The notes: a model not told the origin generated them from the letters alone. 64,000 nt of DNA from Spirochaetota bacterium (GCA_026398615.1 JAPLSN010000042.1:215597-279596); one strand, 5' to 3'; shown: positions 27,510-37,369, counted from the stretch's first letter. A program made the numbers and translations.

Positions 27510-29468
27510 TCACGGTTGTTCCCCGAATTCGACGGCGATCCGGACTTGCCAGCTTCGCTCAGGCTTGACGGTGAAACGCCAGGAAGCGGCCAGGCTCACT
27601 CCCTGGTACAGGGACAGATCATCCGTCGAACCGCGGGGCGACGGGGATTCCTTCGGGGCCGCAAGCTCGAGGGACGCCATGGCGAGGACAGCCGGCTTGT
27701 CGAAGACCAGCGAGAGTGAATCGTCCCCGTCCGCGGACGCGAAGGTAATCCTGGATGCGAGGTCGATCGCCGCGTCGGAGAGCGCGTCGATATCCATGGA
27801 CCGATCCTGGAAACCCACCGACCCAACGAAATCCTCACGCCTGGTTACGGGCGTCCACGCTGACGAGGATCTGAGCACGCAATCGACCGAGATATCCGAC
27901 TTGTTGGTGATCGAATACACGAGGAGGATGAGGTTTTTACGGAAGTTGTAGCCTTTTTCGATCCACAGTTCCACCCGCTGACCGTCCATGGAAAGCGCCA
28001 GTTCCTTGCCGAAGAGTGCTTCCGCGTTGGGCCGCTTCGATTCCAGGACGGAAAAAAACGCACCCGCCAGGTCCTCTGAAGCCATGACGTTTCCGTCCCC
28101 GCCCGTGAGTTCGAGCGTGTCGGAAAAGCACCGCACCGGAAATCCGCTTCCGGGCGGCGCGAGCGAAGAAGCGTAGTTGCGTCGCCTCCGCAGGACATCC
28201 AACTCGAAGAGCGAAGCGCCCGAGGTCCGCAGGTAGGCGTTGTACTCATGTCCCTGGAAGAGGGTTTCGTTTTCGCCGTCGAAGTCGATATCCGCGCGTA
28301 TCAGGGAAGGCTTGTGGGTGCCTTTCGACCTGGTCGTCAGTTCAGCATCGATGAGCGAACGGAACGCCGCATCCCGGATGCCGAGATCCAGGAGACCCGG
28401 CGTCCCCGACGGCCAATACACCTCGCCGGCCTGTGCCGCCCACAGCCCCTCCTGGGCAGTGGCTTTCCTTGACTTGTCGCCCCGAAGCTGGCCCACGAGG
28501 AGGTGCACGTAATGCATCTTGGAATAAAGGTTGGCGCTCTCCTGGAATCGCAGTACTGCGCCCCTGACGCTGCCGGTGAAACAACCGTCTCCATTCCCCA
28601 ATGACCGTATGGTTTCGTCCGGATGCAGGAGCCGGTCGGTCGCGCAACAGGGGAAGTATGCCCGGGAAAAGCGTTTCCGGGAGCGGAGGGCCCTGGATGC
28701 CGTGATGGTTTCGTATGCGAGTGACGCCTTCCTGAGTTCGTTGAAAGCGGTTTCAAAATAGAGGTCGGGCGTCTCGCAGCCGGAAGCCTGCCAGAGATGA
28801 CGCGCCGATTCACCGGGAAGCATGAGGACGGTGCACGGCCGTTCGCCGTCAGCCCTGCCGTCGGACAAATGCCCGATCGCCTCGAGCATCTCGATGAAAC
28901 CGAGGCGCGCGCCGAAACTGTACTCGCCGTCGAACACCGGGAAAACGGCTATTGTGCGTCCCTGATCTTCGGTCAGGACCGGCGAGAAGAGCCCGTCGCC
29001 CGAGAATCCGGCTTCCCGGAAATGCCTGTCCAGGAGGAAGGTAAAATCCATCCCGGAGGTTCTGAGAGCCGAGGCAATCGAAGGTTCCCATGCATAGTTG
29101 GATAACCACGCGCCGCGGGGCCGTTTGCCGAAGTGCTTCCGGATGAAGGTCGTCAGGAGCTCTATCTGCCCGAGCCGATCCTGGGTCGGGATGAGCGGGA
29201 AGACGGGTGAATAGAACCCGCCGCCGGCCAGCTCCACCTGCTTTCTCGTGACCATCTCCTCGAGCAGCATGAGGAATTCGGGATGCCGCGTTTCGAGACG
29301 ACGCAGGAGACTGCCCGAAAAATGAAGGAAGACGCTGATTTCCGGGAAACGGTACAGCGTGGAGAGGAAGGGGCGATAGCAGGTCTGATAGATGGTTTCG
29401 AAACGGTTCGTATCGAACCCTTCGGGGAGATGGTTGTAGGTTCCCAGGACAATCTGCCGTCTAGACAT
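27510..29468 (-). CDS. Glycoside hydrolase family 57 protein (alpha-glucan-acting)
   Basis: N-terminus LGTYNHLPEG...HFSGSLLRRLE...VELAGGGFYSPVFPLIP is typical of GH57. Confidence 0.7.
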   Translation of the reverse strand: MSRRQIVLGTYNHLPEGFDTNRFETIYQTCYRPFLSTLYRFPEISVFLHFSGSLLRRLETRHPEFLMLLEEMVTRKQVELAGGGFYSPVFPLIPTQDRLGQIELLTTFIRKHFGKRPRGAWLSNYAWEPSIASALRTSGMDFTFLLDRHFREAGFSGDGLFSPVLTEDQGRTIAVFPVFDGEYSFGARLGFIEMLEAIGHLSDGRADGERPCTVLMLPGESARHLWQASGCETPDLYFETAFNELRKASLAYETITASRALRSRKRFSRAYFPCCATDRLLHPDETIRSLGNGDGCFTGSVRGAVLRFQESANLYSKMHYVHLLVGQLRGDKSRKATAQEGLWAAQAGEVYWPSGTPGLLDLGIRDAAFRSLIDAELTTRSKGTHKPSLIRADIDFDGENETLFQGHEYNAYLRTSGASLFELDVLRRRRNYASSLAPPGSGFPVRCFSDTLELTGGDGNVMASEDLAGAFFSVLESKRPNAEALFGKELALSMDGQRVELWIEKGYNFRKNLILLVYSITNKSDISVDCVLRSSSAWTPVTRREDFVGSVGFQDRSMDIDALSDAAIDLASRITFASADGDDSLSLVFDKPAVLAMASLELAAPKESPSPRGSTDDLSLYQGVSLAASWRFTVKPERSWQVRIAVEFGEQP

Positions 29469-30297
29469 CGCTGGCCTTTCCCTGTTGGCGCTCCATCCTA
29501 TCCTTTTTCCCCGTGTCTGCGGAAGCCGTACGCCGGGATCGGCGGTCGGCAGGGCGAATCACGGAACGGGGGCACTTGTCGGAGATCGCCTGCCACTCGC
29601 CCTTCGCGGAAGGGTTGACGGCGGCGAGATTGTCGTGGACTGAAAATTCGCCGTTCATGGAATGATGTTCGCAGATCCTGCATGCGTCGCAGCCGGCCGA
29701 GCAGGAAAGCCGTTTTTTTGACGCCGGCGCCCGGGAGCGGCATGCGATGAAGCGGGAATCGAGCGGGACGATGTCGATGAGCAGCTTGGGACAGGAGGAT
29801 ACGCAGATCCCGCACGCGGTGCAGCGTTCGGGCACAACCACGGCTATGCCGTCCTCGATCCTGATCGCGCCGTTCGGACAGGCTTCGGCGCAATCCCCGA
29901 AGCCGAGACAGGCATCAGGGCAGACCCGGTGCCCGTCGAAATATACGATGGCCACCCGGCAGCGACGTTGGCCGGTGTAGGTGTACGAGGGAGCGGCCGC
30001 ACCCTCAACGCCCGAGCATCGCACGACCGCCGTTTTTTCGGGAACGGCCCCGTCACCCGGCTTTCCCCGGCCGAACCCCTCGTCGAAGGGACAAGCCCCC
30101 CAAACGGGTTCATTCGAAGCCACCGCCTCCACGAAGCGGGCGCAGGTCGGATGTCCGCAACGGCCGCAATTCCAGCCGGGCGTTTTCCGCTGTCCGCTGC
30201 GTTTCGACTCCCCCTCGTTCAGCGAACGGAGGGAGAAGAACGCCGCACCGGCGACGAAGGGGATGAAAAAGGATACCAGGTATGAATAGACGGTCAT
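29461..30297 (-). CDS. rnfB: Rnf complex subunit B (Fe-S)
   Basis: N-terminal TM helix, a CGRCGHPTC...CP cluster domain, and two ferredoxin CxxCxxCxxxCP motifs (CGFGDCAEACP, CTACGICVSSCP). Confidence 0.8.
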   Translation of the reverse strand: MTVYSYLVSFFIPFVAGAAFFSLRSLNEGESKRSGQRKTPGWNCGRCGHPTCARFVEAVASNEPVWGACPFDEGFGRGKPGDGAVPEKTAVVRCSGVEGAAAPSYTYTGQRRCRVAIVYFDGHRVCPDACLGFGDCAEACPNGAIRIEDGIAVVVPERCTACGICVSSCPKLLIDIVPLDSRFIACRSRAPASKKRLSCSAGCDACRICEHHSMNGEFSVHDNLAAVNPSAKGEWQAISDKCPRSVIRPADRRSRRTASADTGKKDRMERQQGKASDV

Positions 30298-30301
30298 CCC
30301 T

Positions 30302-30898
30302 TCAGCCTCCGGCCGAACTTATGAAAAGTTGATCGAGACCCGCGAACGCAAGCGCGACGAGGCCCGCTGAAATGAAATAGATCGGCGCGCCGCGGAGCGA
30401 TCTCGGGATATTTTCCGAGTCGAGCTTCCGTGCGATGGATTCAAGAAGTACCGTCGCGGCCCAGTATCCCGCGCTTGCCGCCAGCCCCGCGACGAACGAA
30501 TCCGGCAACGAGAGTTCGACACCGGCGACAAGGATGGCGATTGAGAAAAGGAGGCCATTCGATGAGGCTTCGATCAACGACGTGGAGACCGCCTTGGCGC
30601 CATCCTCAATACGCTGGCGATTACCGGCCAGCGCCGTCGCCGCCATTCCGAAGAGGGAAATGACTGAACCTGTCATGAAGAGGAACAGGAGCGGGGCGAG
30701 GAAATCCAGGCCGAATGGCCGCATGAAAAGATCGCGGGCGCTCTGGAAAAGGAAGGTCGAAACGGCAGCGGCAGGAAGCAGAGCCAGCCCGCGGATCCTG
30801 CTCCTGGAACCCATGCCGGAAGGCATGAGTCCGACGCCGTACCGAAGTACGACATTGCCCGTGAAGACGAAGGAAAAAACCGTGCCGGCGAGCGTCAT
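30302..30898 (-). CDS. rnfA: Rnf complex RnfA/RnfE-family membrane subunit (divergent)
   Basis: Polytopic 198-aa protein in the rnfA position. Which of the two paralogs is A and which is E is decided by gene order only. Confidence 0.6.
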   Translation of the reverse strand: MTLAGTVFSFVFTGNVVLRYGVGLMPSGMGSRSRIRGLALLPAAAVSTFLFQSARDLFMRPFGLDFLAPLLFLFMTGSVISLFGMAATALAGNRQRIEDGAKAVSTSLIEASSNGLLFSIAILVAGVELSLPDSFVAGLAASAGYWAATVLLESIARKLDSENIPRSLRGAPIYFISAGLVALAFAGLDQLFISSAGG

Positions 30899-31506
30899 GG
30901 GTACCTTCTGAAGAAGAAGCGCCTGAAACCCGCAAACGCGCCCGCGAGAAGCCCGAAGAGCATGAATCCTCCTGCCGGAGTCAGGGCGAACGGTATCGCA
31001 TACTGCGGAAAGAACGCGGCGCGTGCCGCTGTATTGCCGGACGGCGCCGCGGGGAAACCTCCGTTGCCCAGGAATTCACGCACGAAACCGAAAACGATCA
31101 CTGCGAGCAGCCAGAACGCCAGGGCTTTCGCCGTCTCGGGAAAACAGGAGTGGTCGGGAGCATCATGCCGCCGAATTCCTAGGACGACGAGGGAATTGAA
31201 CGCGAGCATCGGAAGGAACGGGGCAAGGAAGGCGCTTTCGACGGGCGAGAGTGCATGGAATGCGATGATGTAAAGGCTCGTCGCGGCGGCGGATGTCACG
31301 AGTCCGAGGGTTCTCGCGAACCGGGCGGCGGCGTTTCTGCTGACGAAGGGAACCAGCACCGCGACGCACACGGTGACGAACGCCATCCCGACGCCGACAG
31401 CCGCGGCCCGAATCGTGGAATTGGCCGCTGCGAGCACCGGAACCGTGCCAAGGCAGGATTCCAGGAAAAGATTGGGTACCGCTGATCCGTAGCGACGCGC
31501 ACTCAT
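30895..31506 (-). CDS. rnfE: Rnf complex RnfE/RnfA-family membrane subunit (divergent)
   Basis: Start at MSARRYG (ATG 31506). Polytopic 203-aa protein; the tracked 5' extension overlaps rnfG out of frame. Confidence 0.6.
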   Translation of the reverse strand: MSARRYGSAVPNLFLESCLGTVPVLAAANSTIRAAAVGVGMAFVTVCVAVLVPFVSRNAAARFARTLGLVTSAAATSLYIIAFHALSPVESAFLAPFLPMLAFNSLVVLGIRRHDAPDHSCFPETAKALAFWLLAVIVFGFVREFLGNGGFPAAPSGNTAARAAFFPQYAIPFALTPAGGFMLFGLLAGAFAGFRRFFFRRYP

Positions 31507-31508
31507 GC

Positions 31509-32018
31509 CTATTCCCTTCCCGCCGCCGCGATCCATCCGGAGATCGTCCGTTCGGCTGCGATCCGTTCGAGGGGCGATCCCGGAAAAGCGTCCATCGTTT
31601 CCCCGGTTCCGGTCATCCTGGCGAAAACGAACGCCGCCTGTTTCTCCAAAAGCCCGCCCGACGAGTCCAGAGCCAGCAGGGCAGAAGGTTCGCCATGTTC
31701 GCCCAAGACAAGCATGAATCGCGCCGAACGGACGGAATTCCTCATGACGACGGGGAACGCTGATCCGACCCTTCGCGATGCCTTGTCCAGGACATCGTAT
31801 CCCGGAACGCCAGCTATCGAACCGGACGAAGCGCCGCGATCGATGCGTATCGGGGACTTCCATCGCGCAGCGGCTTCATGCGCGCGGAGGCAGCCTGAAA
31901 ACATATCACGATCCATGTCGTCGATCATCCCCTGTAACGGCGACAGCGCGAGGCAGACGAGGGCTATCGCCGCGGCGGAAATCAACGCTCTTTTCCACTG
32001 GAAATGGATACCGCTCAT
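31509..32018 (-). CDS. rnfG: RnfG-position protein (N-terminal TM helix, degenerate FMN-binding-like domain)
   Basis: Starts at MSGIHFQWKRALISAAAIALVCLAL with an ATGA overlap on the rnfD stop. The protein is 169 aa, and I could not find a canonical C-terminal (S/T)GA(T/S) flavinylation motif. Confidence 0.5.
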   Translation of the reverse strand: MSGIHFQWKRALISAAAIALVCLALSPLQGMIDDMDRDMFSGCLRAHEAAARWKSPIRIDRGASSGSIAGVPGYDVLDKASRRVGSAFPVVMRNSVRSARFMLVLGEHGEPSALLALDSSGGLLEKQAAFVFARMTGTGETMDAFPGSPLERIAAERTISGWIAAAGRE

Positions 32019-33091
32019 TTCGTGCCCCTCGTTCTGGACCGCACGGGTAAAACTTCCTCCAGGACGGGGACGAGGCAGTTCGCGATCAGAACCGCGAACG
32101 CCGTGCCTTCCGAATACAGTCCGAACCGCCTGAACAGGAACATGAGGGCGCCGATACCTGCCGCATACACGATGGACGCTCGCCTCGAGACGGGCGAGGT
32201 GACAGGATCGGTGGCCATGTAGAAGAGCACGAGCACGACGCTGCCGGACGATATGGCAAACAGGACGTCTCCCTCGAACGGGGAAGACCCCGTATCGCCG
32301 AAAAACCTGATAAGCGCGGCAAACACGAGCAAGGCTGTCGCGGGAATCTGCCAACGGATGATCTTTACGACGAGAAGCAGCACCGATCCGGCAAGGAGGG
32401 CAATGATCGCGGTTTCGCCGATGCAGCCGGGCCTGATGCCGAGGAGCAGGTCCATGTAGCCGTCGGGGAGTCTGGCGCCGAGCCGATCGAAAAAGTTGGC
32501 ATTGAGGAATCCGGTCGCGGCGCGCGAGAGAGCGGAGCCGGAATATCCGCCGGCCTTGAGCGCGTTCATCGCCGAAACCCCGCCGGGACCGGCTGCGGTG
32601 CGGACGAATCCCAGGGGCGTGGCACCCGAAATCCCCTCGACGCCGGTGATGAGCCGGGGCATGACCCAGGCAGTCATGGATGCCGGCCAGTTCGCGTGCG
32701 CAAACGCGATCCCGGCAAGCGCCGGATTCATCCAGTTGGAGCCGAGGCCGCCGAAACAGCACTTGACGATCCCGATGGCAAATGCCGTCGCCAGGGCGGG
32801 GATGAACAAGGGAACGCCCGGAGGCATCCCGAGGCCGACGAACAGACCGGTCAGGACGGCGGTTCCGTCATGTATCGTCGATCCTCCCCGTGCGAGGCCG
32901 ACCGCAAATTCGACTGCGACGGCGGATGCTACCGCCGTTCCGATGACGGCGAGCGTGGTCGGGCCGAAAAGGAACATCGACCACAGGACGACCGGCACGA
33001 GCGTCACCACAATCGTGAAGGATATGGACCTGACCGTCTGTCGGGACGAGATGAACGGGGCTCCGGATACCGAGAATGCTTCGCGTCTCAT
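32015..33091 (-). CDS. rnfD: Rnf complex subunit D
   Basis: Polytopic NqrB/RnfD-like protein. The start MRREAFS (ATG 33091) forms an ATGA overlap with the rnfC stop. Confidence 0.75.
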   Translation of the reverse strand: MRREAFSVSGAPFISSRQTVRSISFTIVVTLVPVVLWSMFLFGPTTLAVIGTAVASAVAVEFAVGLARGGSTIHDGTAVLTGLFVGLGMPPGVPLFIPALATAFAIGIVKCCFGGLGSNWMNPALAGIAFAHANWPASMTAWVMPRLITGVEGISGATPLGFVRTAAGPGGVSAMNALKAGGYSGSALSRAATGFLNANFFDRLGARLPDGYMDLLLGIRPGCIGETAIIALLAGSVLLLVVKIIRWQIPATALLVFAALIRFFGDTGSSPFEGDVLFAISSGSVVLVLFYMATDPVTSPVSRRASIVYAAGIGALMFLFRRFGLYSEGTAFAVLIANCLVPVLEEVLPVRSRTRGTK

Positions 33092-34395
33092 CGCGAAGCT
33101 CCGGTTTTCCTCGCGCGCCGGGCCGCGGCAAAGACTTCGGTCAGGGGGAGCCTCGAAGGACAGATGTACGCACATACGCCGCACAGGGTGCAGTCGGCCA
33201 GGTGCGTCTGGGCTTCGTTTCCGGGAATGCGTTCCGCGGCTTTCCAGAGCGATGCCGGATCGAGGGATTCCGGGCAGGCTTCGATGCAGCGGCCGCAGCG
33301 CATGCAGCGGTACCGTGACCGGCGTTCAGGCCGGCCGGCGAGGGCCAGTATCGCGCTTGTAGTCTTCATGACGGGGACATCGAGATCGATGACGGAACTC
33401 CCGCGGAGGGGACCGTTCATTATGATCGTGCCGGGTGCTCCCCTGAATCCGCCGCATTCCTCGAAAAGGTCGCCGATGGGCGTGCCGACACGCGCCTTCA
33501 GGATGGACGGATTCATGACGGATTCCCCTGCGACCGTGATGTAGCGTTCGATGACCGGCCTGTTGAATACCACTGATTCGAAGGCTTCGAGGGTCGTGGA
33601 GGGGGATATCATGAAGACCCGGGGGGCTTGTTCGCGCTTCCGGAACAATGCCTCGATCACCTGGTTGGGAAGTTCCTGCGGATAACGCTTCGCGCAGGGA
33701 ACGAATTCGATGACCGGGGAGTATTCACGGGGCAGGGACCCGGTCGTGGCAGCGGCTTTTCGGAGGTCCTCCTGCGCGCCCGCAACGATGATACGGGCCG
33801 GCGAGAGGAGCTTGGAGAGGATGTCGAGACCTTCGGCGAGATCGGCGATCCTGTCGGCCAATATCCGCCGCTCCGAGCAGAGCCAGGGTTCGGTTTCAAT
33901 GGCGTTCAGGACGAGCGCGTCCAACCGTCCCGTTTTTACCGCGGCATCGATTTTTTCCGAAAGGGGAATGCCTTCCGGGAGGTTCGAGATCGCGCCTTTG
34001 TCCTCGAGCAGCCTGAGCAGGTCGCCTTTCGAGAGCGTCCTCCAGGGAAAACGCTCTATGCGCCTGCCGAGGCGCTCGAAAGAACCTTCCATGCTGATGA
34101 CGAGAGCTTCCGACCGTTCGCCGCCCGGCAGGGAGACCGTCGCGCGTCCGCGCACGATCCCCGGAACGGGAGAATGGACGGAACTCGACCCTGGCCCCTG
34201 CGGTCTCCCGACGACCTGGCCTTCCTTGACGGTATCCCCGTCGGCGACGATGCAGCGCGCAGCCTGCCCGGCGTGTTGCTTGAGCGCGACGATGGCTATG
34301 GCCGGAAGGAAAGCGTTTTTCGTGGGAGCAAGATCGGGCTCCCCTGCCTGGACAAGCTCGATCCCCCCGGAACGGAAGGAAGCGATTGTGTTCAT
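33088..34395 (-). CDS. rnfC: Rnf complex subunit C
   Basis: C-terminal 2x[4Fe-4S] motifs CMRCGRCIEACP and CTLCGVCAYICP, in an RnfC-like length and position. Confidence 0.85.
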   Translation of the reverse strand: MNTIASFRSGGIELVQAGEPDLAPTKNAFLPAIAIVALKQHAGQAARCIVADGDTVKEGQVVGRPQGPGSSSVHSPVPGIVRGRATVSLPGGERSEALVISMEGSFERLGRRIERFPWRTLSKGDLLRLLEDKGAISNLPEGIPLSEKIDAAVKTGRLDALVLNAIETEPWLCSERRILADRIADLAEGLDILSKLLSPARIIVAGAQEDLRKAAATTGSLPREYSPVIEFVPCAKRYPQELPNQVIEALFRKREQAPRVFMISPSTTLEAFESVVFNRPVIERYITVAGESVMNPSILKARVGTPIGDLFEECGGFRGAPGTIIMNGPLRGSSVIDLDVPVMKTTSAILALAGRPERRSRYRCMRCGRCIEACPESLDPASLWKAAERIPGNEAQTHLADCTLCGVCAYICPSRLPLTEVFAAARRARKTGASR

Positions 34396-35978
34396 GGTTC
34401 CTGCCGGAGTTCAGCGATTTCAGGCTCGCTCCCCGCGCTGCCGCGCCTTTCGCGGATGAAAAAACCGGCCAATGGGAGCAGGAGGATTATATATACGAGA
34501 ATCTGACGAGCTTCAAGCCTTGATACGCCCGTGGTTGCGGCTTCATGGCTGGCGCTGACCCTGGAAAACCGCCGCCCGCGCGTTCCGAACCCGATGACGC
34601 CCGACGATTCGCCGTCGCGGACGCTGTTCCTGATCCATGACTCGTCGAATTCCAGCACCGTTTCCAGTATTGCGACCGGGGGAAAGGATCGGAGGTCGAA
34701 ACGGGGAACCGAGATGGATTCCATCGTACCATATTCGATGCTGCCCAGGCGAGCGACGGCGAGGGCGGTCTGGTAGGCCTTGTGGGCGATGTAGTCGGAA
34801 AGGTCGGGCAGGCGTTCGCGCGGTCCGTCCGTGAGCAGGCTTGCGACTGAGGCGGAATCCCGCGGCGTTCTGCTCCACGAGACGGGATGTGGGGCAGTGA
34901 GCCCGGACGATGCGACAGGTCCCGCGGCGTCTCCGCCGCGACTCGCGAGATCTCCGCGACTCGCGAGATCTCCGCCGGAGGCGGAAATCACCATCAGGAC
35001 GAGACAACCCGCCGCGACGATTGGCAAAGCCCTGGAAAGCGCAATCGTCGCCGGATCTGGCCGGATCCTTTCGAGTATCGGTACGGCGGAGAAAAGTTCA
35101 TGCGAGTACCGTACTGACTCGTACCATCGGCCGAGGAATCCCGCGGCAACCCAGGCTGCGACCGACCCCACGCACGAGAACAGGAATGAAGGAATGCAGT
35201 CCGGGAAGATACAGGCGACGGCGACGGCAATCGCGAGGGACGGCAGCATGGCAGGCAGCGAAATTCTCAGACCTGCCGCGGCGCTGCTGAAACCATAGGG
35301 CGCAGCGGTTTCATCCAGGACCGAGAGGACATACAGCCCGAAAACCGCCGAGACGATGAGGGGAGCCGATGGTCCGAACCAGAGCGGCAGCCAGGGGAAG
35401 ATGAAGAATGCGCGCTGGGGACGGATGGTATCGCCCGCGAAGACCGCGAAGACCGCAGCGGCGAGGGGAAACAGCCAGAGGAAAGGCACGTGCGCGGTTT
35501 CGGATCGGAACACGCACCATCTGCCTTTCCACGTGTCAAGGACTTTTCCGATGCCTGACTGCTGGCTGGAACGTACAAAATACGCCGCGTACGGTCTGCC
35601 GCCTATTTCGGTCCGGAAATAACGTACAAGGCCAAGGATGAAGGGATCCAGCCTCGGATCCGAGGGGACGAGCCGGTCAAGGCATGCTGCAAGCGAAATG
35701 GTCACGAGTCCCGAAAAGTTGCTGATCTCCACCGGCTGGTTCGAAACATCGAGAACGTCGACGATCCCTCCCGACGCAAGCGCCGAGCGTACATCGCGTC
35801 CGGGGATTTCCGCGTCGACATATACTATCGTACGCCCGGGCCATGGGGAAGCATAGACGCCCTTCGGCAATGTGAAGGAGGAAGCGGCCATGCATGCGGC
35901 CACGACAAGGGCAAGTCCGACCAGCATGAACGGATTCAGCCTGGATTGCACGCGGACCTTCTTCCTCAGAGTGTGCAA
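34392..35978 (-). CDS. Hypothetical polytopic membrane protein (possible lipoprotein start at 35927) coupled to rnfC
   Basis: 528-aa ORF with a TTG start, or alternatively M18 followed by LVVAAC. It has several TM helices and shares a 4-nt overlap with the rnfC start. Confidence 0.5.
   Translation of the reverse strand: MHTLRKKVRVQSRLNPFMLVGLALVVAACMAASSFTLPKGVYASPWPGRTIVYVDAEIPGRDVRSALASGGIVDVLDVSNQPVEISNFSGLVTISLAACLDRLVPSDPRLDPFILGLVRYFRTEIGGRPYAAYFVRSSQQSGIGKVLDTWKGRWCVFRSETAHVPFLWLFPLAAAVFAVFAGDTIRPQRAFFIFPWLPLWFGPSAPLIVSAVFGLYVLSVLDETAAPYGFSSAAAGLRISLPAMLPSLAIAVAVACIFPDCIPSFLFSCVGSVAAWVAAGFLGRWYESVRYSHELFSAVPILERIRPDPATIALSRALPIVAAGCLVLMVISASGGDLASRGDLASRGGDAAGPVASSGLTAPHPVSWSRTPRDSASVASLLTDGPRERLPDLSDYIAHKAYQTALAVARLGSIEYGTMESISVPRFDLRSFPPVAILETVLEFDESWIRNSVRDGESSGVIGFGTRGRRFSRVSASHEAATTGVSRLEARQILVYIILLLPLAGFFIRERRGSAGSEPEIAELRQEP
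34938..34973 (-). repeat. Perfect 18-bp in-frame tandem duplication (GDLASR x2), each unit carrying a CTCGCGAG palindrome
   Basis: gcgactcgcgagatctcc occurs at 34938-34955 and 34956-34973. Confidence 0.95.
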
Positions 35979-36255
35979 AAAGCCAACGCGATGAAAAACC
36001 CGAGTAGGGCTCCGGCGATAAACCGATCGCCGTGGATATCGCGATGACCAGCGAACTGTGACTGGACGGCATGCCGCCCGTGCGCCACAGCAGCGTGGAA
36101 AGGACGTCCTTGAAGGAACGGGCCTTGTGTCTGACGAGAATGATCACGGCTTTAATGAATTGCGCGAAAAACATGCTGAATATCGCCGAAAGGAATACCG
36201 GATTCCGGAGAAACGATGATATTGTAGCGTTTCCTTCGTTGACGACCGGCGGCAT
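35966..36255 (-). pseudogene. Divergent PAP2/DUF212 (YuiD-like) gene remnant, apparently truncated or frame-disrupted
   Basis: The first ~85 aa fit DUF212 (FFAQFIKAVI...GGMPSSHSSLVIAISTAIGL). After about 36020 the frame turns non-hydrophobic and runs 250+ nt out of frame over the next gene. A shifted frame gives FIAGALLGFFIALAFCTL*. The MYDA/GVRR half of the family is absent. Confidence 0.45.
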
Positions 36256-36357
36256 TGGGGGCAGTCTCCCCCATTTCCCGCCGCGCTGTCAAGGGACGGC
36301 CTTTCGCCGTCGGTCCGCGGCGCGGACTGGAAAGGTACGCTCTTCGCGGAGGCGCGG

Positions 36358-37287
36358 ATGGATCCTGGAAAACCGGCGGGCGGAATGATATCCTTTCCGG
36401 TCGGCGTCAACGACGACGGGAAACGCCTGGATACCCTGATACGCGCTCTTCTGGCGGACATCCCTCTGTCGGGCGTTTACCGCATCCTTCGCGGAGGTGG
36501 CGCCAGGCTCAACGGCAAGCGTATGCCGCCCTCGGCGAGGGTCCGTCACGGGGACGTCATAGAAATTCGCGAATGCTTTGCCCCTTCGATTCCTGCGGAT
36601 CGAGCTCGGGACTTGACCGGAACCGGAAGTTTCGACCTGGACTCATGCATCCTGTGCGAAACGCCGGACCTGCTTTTCATCAACAAGCCGCGCGGGATTC
36701 TCACGCACGGCAACGGTGGTCTCGACGAAGCCGTGACCGGCCGGTACCGTAAGGAAATCAGCGAATCCATCGACTTCAAGCCCGCTCCGCTCCATCGGCT
36801 GGACCGGAATACGAGCGGTATCCTCGCGGTATCGACGTCGATTGGCGGCGCGAGGGCGTTCAGCAAGGCGATCCGGGAGGGCATGATCGTCAAGGAATAC
36901 CTCGCGGTCCTGCAGGGCGAACTCCGTGACGGGGTGAGTTGGTCGGACGAACTCGAGCATTCCCCGGGATCCCGCATGACCGTGCCCGGCCCGGGGCGGA
37001 TCGCGCTGACCGAGGTTGAACCGGTCCGCCGGTCGAACGCCCTCACGCTGGCCAGGATCCGCATCCGTACCGGGCTCACCCACCAGATTCGCGCCCAAGC
37101 ATGCCTGCACGGGCATCCACTGCTCGGGGACTTCAAGTACGGGGGACGATCGTTTCCGGGCGGGTACATGCTTCATGCCGGCATGATGCTGCTTCCCCCC
37201 GGGCTCGACATCGAGTATCCGTCCGAAATAAGGGCGCCCCTTCCCCCCGAAACGGAGAAAACGATTGCAGGGTTGTTCCCGGATTGA
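36358..37287 (+). CDS. RluA-family pseudouridine synthase with N-terminal S4-like domain
   Basis: HRLDRNTSGILAVS catalytic motif and LTHQIRAQ. The start is either 36358 or 36385. Confidence 0.8.
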   Translation: MDPGKPAGGMISFPVGVNDDGKRLDTLIRALLADIPLSGVYRILRGGGARLNGKRMPPSARVRHGDVIEIRECFAPSIPADRARDLTGTGSFDLDSCILCETPDLLFINKPRGILTHGNGGLDEAVTGRYRKEISESIDFKPAPLHRLDRNTSGILAVSTSIGGARAFSKAIREGMIVKEYLAVLQGELRDGVSWSDELEHSPGSRMTVPGPGRIALTEVEPVRRSNALTLARIRIRTGLTHQIRAQACLHGHPLLGDFKYGGRSFPGGYMLHAGMMLLPPGLDIEYPSEIRAPLPPETEKTIAGLFPD

Positions 37288-37369
37288 ATCCCGTTTTTTT
37301 CCGCCGAATTTCCTTGAACCGACCGGGCATTATCGATAGGGTTTATCGAGACTCATCAGGAGGATTCAG

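Noticed and set aside
31509-32762. Long 5' extensions of tracked ORFs (31509..32762, 30895..31863, 54607..55929, 40638..42209, 49142..50941, 61450..62730, 2590..5076)
   Set aside because: The extensions overlap the preceding well-supported gene out of frame and look like nonsense. Internal ATG starts with signal peptides, SD sequences or ATGA coupling give family-typical N-termini.
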